From assembly GCA_951406725.2 (NCBI GenBank), contig OX597818.1, forward strand, positions 133,114,001 to 133,178,000: DNA of 64,000 nt, in the 5' to 3' direction. Numbering within the stretch: position 1 is the stretch's first letter; the number at the start of each line of letters is the position of its first letter. The translations under genes were made by a program, and so were the position numbers. This document shows, in pieces, positions 52,622-64,000 of the stretch. Source of the DNA: Octopus vulgaris (taxonomy: Eukaryota). Below the pieces are notes generated by a model. It was not told where the DNA came from and searched no databases. It was given only the letters and a program-made list of their open reading frames with translations.

Positions 52622-54333
52622 CCATTAGAACTCCCTGTTGGCTGGTAAGCAAAATATTAGTATTAAAACTAACATTTCATAACACTAGATCAATTATAAC
52701 AAAAGCAGTAATAATGGCTTCAATAATGGCACGAGGTCACCAGATTTAGTTGGAAAGGGTAAATCAATTACATCAATTTCTCTGTTCAGCTGGTACTTAT
52801 TCTATTGACCCTGAAAAGCTGAAAGATAAAGTCTACCACAGCAGCATTTGAACTCAGAAAGTAAAACCAGGAGAAATGTCACTAAGCCTTTTGTCCAGCT
52901 TGTGTGATTCACCTGGCTCGACACCTAAAGAATAGCAGTAATAATATCATTTGATATATTTAGACCTTCCATAGTAAACATAGAAACTATAAATTATAAT
53001 TATGTATTGTACTTGGTCTTTAGAAATATGAAACTCACTCTCAAGAACATAAAAGACACTTAGTACACACCTACACACAAGAATAATATGCTGGGCAAAA
53101 ATCATAGCAGAGATTGATTTCCAATTTTGGCACAAGTCTGCATCAATTTCATAAAGAAGCAGTTAGAAGTATAATTTGTTTAATTGTTCTCCAGTAAATT
53201 ACAGGTACTTATTTTTACCAACTTTTGAAATATGAAAGGTAAAAGCTGTACACCAGCATGGTTTGAACTCAGAACATCTTTAGTTTTGAACTCATTTATT
53301 GTTTCTGCCACTTTAAAACCATAATGTGCAAATTGAAAGAGGCTCAGTCAAACAGCATGTTGGATACAAGGATTACTATTCAATTTAAAAATACACCCAA
53401 GAACACATGTATAGTTTTAAAATCAAAATTTGTTCAACCCATATAGAAAAATTCATTTATAATGGAAAAAATCCAGCTTTTAAAATATTTTTAAGAGACT
53501 TTTACAAAGATATCCTTTTTACAGTCAAGTGATATTCCAATATTTTTTCCACCCTTGCTATGATTTCTTTCAAAATTATGTTTGAAAGTAATTTTTCTTT
53601 TTATCAGTTTGAAAATATAACATTATCAAATTTAATTCCTTCAAAGAAATCTTTTCAAATGTTGAAAGCATTGGTCTGTGAACTACCTAAATTTATTTTG
53701 TTTGTGTTTTTTTTATATCATTTATATGTTTGTTTCTAAAAGTGTAGTCCATTTGAGTTTTGTAACTCCAAAATTATTCTATATAACCATAGATATACAG
53801 AAATTGAAAACTGACAAAAATGTAATATAAAAAAAAAACTATGAAGAATTCAGAGATTGTTGTCATTACAAAAAAAAAAAAAAATTACTGAATGCGTTTG
53901 AGAAAAACACATAGATAAATCTAAAAACAATACAAAGAAATCTAAGTTTACTGTCATGGAAACAAAGACATTAATTATTTGATAAATTTTAGTGAATAAA
54001 AAGTGGATATAAACAACTAAAATAGATGTGTTGAAACTATTTTAGGATTAAAATTTACAGAAAACATTAATCACAATCAGGTTTTTGAAAAATGACAATC
54101 ACTTATAGTTGAGGTTTAAAATTGTCCAATACTAATAATTCTTGTAGTAATATGTGTCCTGATAAATCAAACTTGAATGAGGATGGGATATCTTGTTTTC
54201 TGTTTTTTTTACTTCTTTGTTTGTTTTTTTTTTAAATATAAATACAACATGCCTAAGTTGTATTTTTTTCTATTGACCCTCATTTCAACTAGGCCCTAGT
54301 TGACATTTTAATGGATTTTTCTAAAGAATTCTT

Positions 54334-54514
54334 TTAAAATGCAAATGGTCTGCTAGCAGCATTACTGTTCACTGAACTGCCACTGTTTGACGTCATAATT
54401 TTAACTGTTTCCATCTTAGTCTGCCATGTAAATGACAGCTCATGAATCTGTGACCTGCCAGCAATTCCACTAATCACAGACCTACCCACTGCACAGTATG
54501 AGAATGGTATAAAC
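54334..54514 (-). CDS. Candidate terminal coding exon of an unidentified gene
   Basis: Strong acceptor TTTCTCCCTTTCCTCTCTTCTAG. Phase-2 frame FIPFSYCAVGRSVISGIAGRSQIHELSFTWQTKMETVKIMTSNSGSSVNSNAASRPFAF-stop. GC drops after the stop into about 1 kb of repeat-free AT-rich sequence. Confidence 0.5.
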
Positions 54515-55660
54515 CTAGAAGAGAGGAAAGGGAGAAATATACAGGATAGAACCAGTTGTTGGAAGTGAAATAGTCCAAGGCTTAGTATTATAGGGATGAG
54601 GCACTGCAGAAAAATACAGAAGTATAGGTGGGAGTGAAGAGGGGAGGAATCAGATAACATGGTTTCAGTGGATTATGTAAAAATATGCAAATAAATGGAC
54701 GACAAAATTCAACAGTATGAAAATGAGCTTATTATAATAATTATCAGCATTTTAATAATCAGCCTAGTTGGTAATTAATAAAAATCCTCATGAAGACATG
54801 GAATCCATGCCAACCGAGAATAGTAGTAGTAGTAATATAGAGGCAGAGAATGTTGCAGTTTTAAGAAAATGTTGAAGTAATAACTGCATTGAATTGAGAA
54901 AAAAAAAACACCCCAAAGAAAATACATATAAGTTTAATAATAAGGAAAAAGATGAAGTTATTAAAATTTAAGAGATGGACCAAACGCTTTTTGCAGATTC
55001 TAATATCCATAGAATAATAGAGGCTGCAAATAGTACTTGAAATGAAATTTTTAATTTCAATAGAGAAAAATAAGATAAGTGGGAAAGGGGTGTGGGAATA
55101 AACTTGATAAACCAGATAGGAATGTAAATAGTTTCAACAAATTACAACTATTATGAATGTGATACAAATAGGAGTGAGAAAAAGTAAACGAGGATTATAT
55201 CTTGTTATTAAAATTTTAGAATCCAATCAATGCATTGAAAACGGGCTTTAAAATACTACTTGAATTTTCAGTTTTAAATTCAAAATTATCATGATAAATA
55301 TGTATTTGAAGAAAAAGAAATTAATATTATAATGATTAAAAGAAAAAGCTATCTGGAAAATATTCCCTTAAAAAACACTGCAATAGATTTTAAACCATTT
55401 TTTAAAGTTACTACTAGAAAACAGAAAACTTGAGATTTAAAAGAAAATTACTTAGCTATGTAGATATTTTTTTCAAAATAAATTGAATTCTTATTTTGTT
55501 CTTTTGTCTGTCTATTTATATAGACAAAATTTAAATTCCGAATATACTTTCAGACCTTCATGCACAAACAACCACTTTTTTCACTTTATTTTTTATTCTT
55601 TTCCCTGTCCAGCATTTTATGAATACTGATTATAATGCAACCACAAGCAATATGGCTCAC

Positions 55661-55784
55661 CAAACTACTATATTCAGTAAAATACCCAAGCAAAACACTA
55701 TCATTAGCATTCTTCATATCTTCACTAAACCAACTGACAACATTTTCATTCTTCTTAATATTTTCTTTATATCCATCACTACTG
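55661..55784 (-). CDS. Candidate internal exon (phase 2 to phase 0) of an unidentified gene
   Basis: Long pyrimidine tract and CAGCAGTAG acceptor, GTGAGC donor, single open frame SSDGYKENIKKNENVVSWFSEDMKNANDSVLLGYFTEYSSL. Confidence 0.45.
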
Positions 55785-56249
55785 CTGAATAGAAATGAAT
55801 AACACACAACGCAAAAAAAAAAAGAAAAGAAAAGGGGCAAATACAAAATATAAAATGAAAATTTTATATTTATCACAACAGAGTATTTAAGGTAATTTCC
55901 CAATAAGAAGAAATAATCTAGAAAGAATTAAATGAAAAAAGAATTGCTTAGTAATATTAGTAACTGAAAAAAAAATGAATATATATTAAAAACTGGCATT
56001 TCTTCAATGTAGAAATCCCACTATATATCAACTAAGAGATCTGGGTGTTTAACAGAATTGTTATCTAACAAACAGCTAACCAGGTAATGTGAACAGCTTA
56101 TTGATCCTATTGTGTTATGTAACATAATTCAAAATCAAATAAAAACAATATATGTGTCATATTTAGATATAGACATGTTCACATGTTAAGGGTTTGTGTG
56201 TGTATGTGTGTGTAAACAAATATATATGTTAAATAAGTAGATTTATATG

Positions 56250-56863
56250 CATACATTAACACACATATATATATTTATATACGTATACACCAACATATAT
56301 ATATATGATTATATACGAATAAAAATAAAGATATATATACATACACACATACATGCATATATTTAATACACACATACATATGCGGCTAACTACACATATA
56401 TACACAGTGCAAGAGACACAGATTTTTATAGGTATAAACGATAGACATATACATATATACACATTTATATATGCATATATACATATACACACACACACAT
56501 ATATATATGTAGACATGTGTGTGTGTGCATATGTATATTAAAATATATTTTTATGTCCATATATGCCCATAGATATAAAATACATTTTATATATGTATGT
56601 AATAAAATTTATGTACATATATTTATACATATATATATATATGTATGTATATATATATATATATATATATATACAAAATATGTGAGCATATGTGTCATCA
56701 ACATCATATATATATATACACACATACACACACATATATATATTTACATGATGTTCATGATTTATTTCATTAACATATGTATATATGAATATACATACAT
56801 TAATCATATTACATGTGTATATAGAATATATTTTATATGTAAACACACACACACATATATACA

Positions 56864-56894
<31 letters not shown>

Positions 56895-56966
56895 GAGTAT
56901 ATGTATGAGCATAAAATTGATTATCATTATACACAGAATATATATATATATATATGTATATGCATA

Positions 56967-57011
<45 letters not shown>

Positions 57012-57064
57012 TTATAAATTGATAATATATATAAACAAAATTTATTTCTTATACATATATGTAA

Positions 57065-57109
<45 letters not shown>

Positions 57110-57455
57110 CACACACACAGACAGGTATATATATAACACATATTTTTACTTATCTAAGAATCTATGATAGCCATGATTCTGTAGACAGATATTGACATCA
57201 ACATCATTTTAATATACACTTTTTCATGCTTGCAAAAGTCAGCCAAACTGAAATGAGACAAATTTTTATAGCCAGAAGCTGTTGCTATCATCAGCACTCA
57301 CGAGGGCTTCTTTCAGTTTCCATTAACCAAATCTACTTGCATGTAGATTTGGTTAATGGAACAAATGGCACAAATCAGCCTACATCAGAAAATGCCTTGA
57401 GGTGCCAAATAGTGAAACTGAACTCAAAACGATGTAGTTGGGAAGCAAATTTCAA

Positions 57456-57493
<38 letters not shown>

Positions 57494-57585
57494 CATCATC
57501 ATCATCATCTATCTATCTATATATATATATATGTATGTATATATATATGTATGTATATATATATCTATCTATATATATATGTATG

Positions 57586-57628
<43 letters not shown>

Positions 57629-58072
57629 GTGTGTGTGTGTGTGTGTAGTCACAAGCATGAATGTGTACTAATATGTTTACTTCTCAACTACTTGGTTCCA
57701 GGTTCCATCCAACTGAGTGCCACTTTGGGCAAGTGTCTTCTACTTTACCCTCAGGCCAATCAAAGCTTCAGGAGTGAATTTGGTAGGTGGAAACTGAAAG
57801 AAGCTTTTTGCATAAAGATATATATATATATATATATATTTATGTGATTTTGTCTTTGTGTTTGTCTCCCACCACCACTTAACAACTGCTGTTCATTTGT
57901 TTATGTCACAATAAGTACCAGTCTTAAAGAAAGAAGTGCTGGGGTTGATTCATTTGACTAAAAGTTATTCAGGGTGGTGCCCCTCTATGGCTGGGGTCTA
58001 ATAGCTGAAACAAGTAAAAGATAAAATATGCATACATATGTTTACATAAATATATATGTCATCCTATATTCC

Positions 58073-58118
<46 letters not shown>

Positions 58119-58234
58119 TATACACACAAATATCTGTGTACATAGACAGTTAGATAGATAGATAGATAGATATATGCATAATGTACATATAACATAATAA
58201 ACATATATATATATATAATACTGTATATCATACA

Positions 58235-58273
<39 letters not shown>

Positions 58274-58488
58274 TACTCTCATGCAGACAGAAATATAAAT
58301 ATACATACATATGTGTGTGTATTTATATGTATGTATATATATACATATTGGCCTGCTCGCTTAGCCAGTGGGGTGGTGTTATTTAAAGGCTAAAACAATG
58401 TGAAGCGCATTGTGACCAGCGATGTGTAGCAACATCTGATAGCCTGGTCGGTCACGGTGATCACGGTGATATATAAATATATATATAT

Positions 58489-58564
<76 letters not shown>

Positions 58565-58640
58565 TATATAAATACATATTATATATATATATAGGAATAT
58601 TACACACACACAGACATGCATACACATATATATGCATATG
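56250..58640. repeat. TA/CA microsatellite field with degenerate SINE-A pieces (57300-57450 minus, 57660-58025 plus)
   Basis: Directly visible; CTTTGGGCAAGTGTCTTCTAC and GGAAACTGAAAGAAGC motifs. Confidence 0.85.
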
Positions 58641-59184
58641 TAAGTAAGCAGCCATACATGTTCATTTGCAATAAGTATAAATATTTTGTAGAAATAGTAG
58701 GTATGGATACAAGTACGGCTGCGTGGTAAGGAGTGTTCTTCTCAAGCACATGCTTCAGGGTTTATTCCCAGTAAGCAGCACTTTCTTCTACCTCATCCTT
58801 GTGAAGTGATTTAGTAGACAGAAACTAAAAGCCCCTCGTATATATGTCTTTGTGTGTGTGCACACATGCATATCTGTGCATGTCCTTTTCTTTGTGCTCA
58901 TGTTTGTTCTTCCATACATATAAAAATATATATATATCATATACATCTATGTATGATTGTGTCTATATATACATGTATAATATATTACTTTCAAATTTTG
59001 GCACAAGGCCAGCAATTTCAAGGGAGTGGGTAAGTCAGGACTCAACTGGTACTTTTTCTATGGACCCCGAAAAAATGAAAGGCAAACTCAGCCCTAGTGA
59101 AATTTGAACTCAGAATGTAAAGATGGACAAAATGCCAGCTTTCCACCTTGTGTGTGTGTGTGTGTTCCACTAAACCCTGCAGAT

Positions 59185-59445
59185 CAGTGGTCCTCAACTG
59201 GGATCCATATGGTCCTTGGGATCCACATAAGATTTCGTTGTTAAAATTTAGGTGCAATAAACTGGTCATACTTCTACAATACACAAAAATATTTAAACAA
59301 TTTTTTTATGCAATTGCTAATTATATTTAATTATAAAAAATATAATAGTTTTTAGACATCAAATAGCTATGAGAACTCCTTCCACCCCATCCAATAAAAT
59401 AGGATTCATAGGGGTCCATAGGTAAAAATTACTTGGGAACAACTG
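59185..59445. mobile_element. hAT-like MITE
   Basis: Termini CAGTGGTCCTCAA...TTGGGAACAACTG with internal GGATCC/GGGGTCC repeats; 8-bp TSD only partly conserved. Confidence 0.55.
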
Positions 59446-59979
59446 CTGTCGACCAATGACTGAAACAGGTAAAGGATAAGAGGTAGCAAAAGTATTTTTC
59501 CTGTGTACTGTGAATGCCACCACAAAATTCATTGTCGTAAAATAGATTTGTATCTGATTGTAGATAGAATATTCTATAGTTATGAAATATAGGAAATAAC
59601 ATAAGAAAATAAACATGAAAAACGACTGAAAATATACTGAGACCAACATACAAAATTTATATACCCTAGCTGAGGACGACTGATCTGCAGGGTTTAACAG
59701 AACACACACACACACACACACACACACATGCACACACACACACATACACACACATGCACACACACACATACACACACACATACACATGCACACACACACA
59801 TACACACACACATACACATGCACACACACACATACACACATACACATACACACACACATATACACATGCACACACACACACTCAAGGTGGAAAGCTGGCA
59901 TTTTGTCTATCTTTACATTCTGAGTTCAAATTTCACTAAGGTTGAGTTTGCCTTTCATTCTTTCGGGGTCGATAGATTT

Positions 59980-60522
59980 TGTGTGTGTGTGTGTATGTGT
60001 GTGTGTGTGTGAATTTATATATGTTTATTTTAATCAATATATGTTACTTTCTTAATGACAGCTTTTTTTATAGCTCTTACCACTTTCTCTCCCTCTCCAA
60101 GTTCTTTCTCTCACACATATATATATATGTCTGTGTGTGTGTGTCTCTATGTATGTTGGGATATACACATACACACACACACACGCACATACAGTCAACT
60201 GCATCTTTTCATAATTATATATACACATGCATGTATGTATATATGCATTATATATATATGTGTGTGTGTATGTGTTATATATATATATATGTGTATGTAT
60301 GTATAAATGTTTGTGTATGTGTGTATGGATGTATGTATAAATCTATGTATATTCATGTGTATACATTTACATATATATATTTATATGTTTGTATGTATGT
60401 GTATAGTGTGTGTAAAAGCAAGGAATTTAAAACAATACTAAATGGCAGCTGGCACTTCACATCTAGTTATTCCATATTTTTCAGATGTGTGTGGGTGTGT
60501 GTGGGTGTGTGTGGGTGTGTGT

Positions 60523-60565
<43 letters not shown>

Positions 60566-60573
60566 TGTGTGTG

Positions 60574-60624
<51 letters not shown>

Positions 60625-60705
60625 GGAGAGAGAGAGATAAATGTTCTCTCTTGCTATCCATATGTACATATAAATATATGTGTGTGGTGTGTGCATGTGT
60701 ATATA

Positions 60706-60751
<46 letters not shown>

Positions 60752-60762
60752 ATGTATGTATG

Positions 60763-60796
<34 letters not shown>

Positions 60797-60947
60797 TATG
60801 TGTGTGTGTGTGTATATATATGTATATATATATATATATAGGCACACACTCACACTTGTATATACATCTATTTATATATACAGAAATATATACAAATGAT
60901 TACATATAGATTTATATAGATTCATGCATAAACATGCACACACACAT

Positions 60948-60985
<38 letters not shown>

Positions 60986-61187
60986 TAATATATTATACAC
61001 ATGCCAGGTGGCAAGCCGGCAAAACTACTGGGATACTGGGAAAAATGTTTAACCTCCTTTTGAGGTTGATCAAATAAGTACAAGTTGAGTCCTGGGTTAG
61101 GTGTAATTGACTTAACCCACTCCACCAAGCTTGCTGGCCTTGTGCTAAAATTTGAAATTTATATAACAGGCAGACAGGCAGACAGAC

Positions 61188-61238
<51 letters not shown>

Positions 61239-61322
61239 CAGATAGATAGATAGATAGATAGATATATAGATAGATAGATAGATCGATAGATAGATAGACA
61301 GACAGACAGATCGATCGATAGA

Positions 61323-61380
<58 letters not shown>

Positions 61381-61443
61381 GGCAGACAGACAGATAGACA
61401 GACAGACAGACAGACAGACAGGCAGACAGACAGACAGACAGAC

Positions 61444-61519
<76 letters not shown>

Positions 61520-61520
61520 G
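59980..61520. repeat. Microsatellite field including (GATA)/(GACA) at 61170-61518
   Basis: Directly visible. Confidence 0.9.
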
Positions 61521-61937
61521 CAATCATACGCACATGTATATAATATATATATGATATAGATATATTTTCCAAGTCACAGTATATATGTGCATGGGAGAAT
61601 ATTTGAATACTCTTTTATGCTCTTAGGGGTTGAAATCATTGTGATGCAATAATGCTGGGATTTTCATTAAGGAATTCCTGATTATTTTGACACTCAGTAT
61701 TTATCTGTCTTGTACATATTTCATCAATTATTACTTCAAAGATTTGAGACATCTAGGAGGACACCTTAAACAGAACCTTTTACGAGAGTGGTGAATACAT
61801 AACCACAACAACCACAATCATTGTCAAAGATACAAACACACATAGACAGATAGATAGATAGATAGATAACATAATATATACATATATAATATATAAAACA
61901 TACACACACACATATACTTATACACACAAACACTTAT

Positions 61938-62318
61938 ACTCTCTTTACTCTTTTACTTGTTTCAGTCATTTGACTGCGGCCATGCTGGAGCACCGCCTTT
62001 AATTGAGCAAATCGACCCCAGGACTTATTCTTTTGTAAGCCCAGTACTTATTCCATGGGACGTAAACACACCAGCATCGGTCGTCAAGCAATGCTAGGGG
62101 GACAAACATAGACACACAAACACACACACACATATATATATATATACATATATACGACGGGCTTCTTTCAGTTTCCGTCTACCAAATCCACTCACAAGGC
62201 TTTGGTCGGCCTGAGGCTATAGTAGAAGACACTTGCCCAAGGTGCTACACAGTGGGACTGAACCCGGAACCATGTGGCTGGTAAACAAGCTACTTACCAC
62301 ACAGCCACTCCTGCGCCT
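61938..62318 (-). mobile_element. SINE family A with a ~28-bp internal deletion
   Basis: TTATTCCATGGGACG replaces TTATTCTATCGGTCTC...GTGACGGGGACG. Confidence 0.88.
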
Positions 62319-62635
62319 ATATACATATACTTATACACATACCTATATATACACATATATACACACATGTATATACATATATACATACTTATAACAAAGG
62401 GTAAAATTAATTAATTAACTTGTAATCAATAATTTCACCAAGCAGAATTCGGCATGAAAAAGGACCATTTCTCGGTAAACTTAGGTAATACTTTATAATT
62501 AGGATTCAGCAAAGATTTGCTTTACCACATACCGAAGTTCAGAAATAGCAGCCAAAGAACCTTAGCTATTTCCTCTACTTTAAAAAGAAACTCCCGGACA
62601 GAAACAAAGTACTCGGAAACAATCCACACAGGCAT

Positions 62636-62892
62636 ACATACATATACCTGCGACGATTTCATCTCAATCAAAGGAGAGGAGCTTTCTCCGTCCGGGTTGT
62701 GGATCCGTGGAACAAGCTGCCAGACGAGATGGTAAAGATGCTGACGACCGCTTTGTTCAAAGCCTCCCTGGACCTCAAGTGGCCTGAACTCTTTACATGA
62801 ACACCACCCTGTACTTAACTCCATGTCCCCCTACATGGCCTTGCTATTTGCTTTTGAGCCAAATTAACTAACTAACTAACTAACTAACTAAC
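62636..62892 (+). mobile_element. CR1-clade LINE 3' end
   Basis: RRGAFSVRVVDPWNKLPDEMV...FKASLD-type ORF2 C-terminus, stop at 62800, (TAAC)n tail. Confidence 0.85.
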
Positions 62893-62934
62893 ACATATAC
62901 ATACATATATGTATATATATATGTGCATAGGGTA

Positions 62935-63272
62935 AAGAACCTCTTCGGTCATGAATGACCATAGGATTGCACCTAGAAAGTTACCCTCCAAGGCACAAGT
63001 CCAGGCAAGTTTGTTTATGGAAGATTATCAGTCACCCATGCCTACCAGCCTCCCCTCTCCACACCATCGATGTTAGCCAAGGAAAGGCAAAAGCTGGTAC
63101 AGCTTGGCACCAGTTATGTCACAACTCATTTCTACAAATGAGTGAATTGGAGCAATGTGAAATTAAATGTCTAGCTCAAGAACATACCACACAGCCCAGT
63201 CCAGTCCAGGATTCAAACTCATTACCTCATGATTGTGAATTCAATGCTCTAACCACTGAGTCATGTGCCTTC
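62935..63272 (-). mobile_element. Degenerate tRNA-derived SINE, family D
   Basis: Minus-strand head TGACTCAGTGGTTAGAGC...GAGTTTGAATCC. Confidence 0.6.
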
Positions 63273-63282
63273 ATATGTGTCT

Positions 63283-63635
63283 CGAAATCGAATTGAACCA
63301 GCCAGGATCCCTGGTCTGGTGGTACGTAAAAAGCACTATCCGACTCGTGGCCGATGCCAGCACCACCTCCACTGGCTTCCGTGCCGGTGGCACATAAAAT
63401 ACACCAATCCAACCGTGGCCGTTGCCAGCCTCGCCTGGCACCTGTGCAGGTGGCACGTAAAAAGCACCCACTACACTCACGGAGTGGTTGGCGTTAGGAA
63501 GGGCATCCAGCTGTAGAAACATTGCCAGATAAGACTGGAGCCTGGTGCAGCCTTCTGGCTTCCCAGATCCCCGGTCGAACCGTCCAACCCATGCTAGCAT
63601 GGAGAACGGACGTTAAACGATGATGATGATGATGA
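63283..63635 (+). mobile_element. RTE 3' UTR fragment of a related subfamily
   Basis: One core unit plus diverged subrepeats, terminal segment and (GAT)n tail. Confidence 0.88.
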
Positions 63636-63639
63636 TATA

Positions 63640-63922
63640 TATATAATAAATTAATAAATAAAACATATGCATATATAAATACATATATGTACGTACCTAC
63701 CTCTACATGTATATATACATGCATATATGGGTACAGGACACCAAAAAAAACGTCGAACACAATGAGAAACAAAAACATAAACACAAAACCAAGGAACTGG
63801 ACATTTTTCTTAAACAACGAAAAAGTAGAGTACAGGACAAATAACACAAGGAAAATTCCCCTTATTCAGTCGCCATGGTTTCATCTACTCTGTGTTTCAA
63901 AGGTGAAGGCGATACGCATCTT
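63640..63922. repeat. Copy of the 11830-12170 repeat family
   Basis: High identity to 11845-12115. Confidence 0.8.
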
Positions 63923-64000
63923 ATATATATATATATATGTAAATTTATGGACATACATATCTATACATATATGTAAATATATAAATATATATATATATAT

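Noticed and set aside
54490-54513. AGC kinase hydrophobic motif FxxFSY
   Set aside because: A six-residue match only, with no kinase sequence in the window.
55586-55784. Upstream KIF17 exon (DSVLL and KMLDREK resemblance)
   Set aside because: Lacks the conserved coiled-coil segment expected before the 36-kb exon; the similarity is too weak to assign.

Overview
Eukaryotic, AT-rich, repeat-dominated DNA. The repeat content (tRNA-derived SINEs, RTE LINEs, very long TA/CA/TACA/GATA microsatellites) is typical of an Octopus genome; that assignment is inference. The only recognisable host coding sequence is one 268-bp minus-strand exon of a KIF17/OSM-3 kinesin-2 tail (36052-36319). Two or three further candidate minus-strand exons of an unidentified gene lie at 46-56 kb. 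The rest is intronic or intergenic. It holds a 5'-truncated RTE LINE (RT with an inserted PHD-like finger and a 3'UTR array of ~63-bp structured units), CR1 and R4/Dong fragments, Tc1/mariner relics, piggyBac/hAT/Tc1 MITEs, two non-autonomous Helitrons and more than 25 SINE copies. The most notable unannotated signal is a set of type I hammerhead-ribozyme-like motifs from several distinct families, mostly beside (TA)n tracts; one (18903-18993, minus) has an intact catalytic core and fully pairing stems. Most entries in the ORF track are microsatellite or SINE artefacts. No CRISPR array, rRNA gene or bona fide tRNA gene was found. Boundaries of degenerate repeats are approximate.
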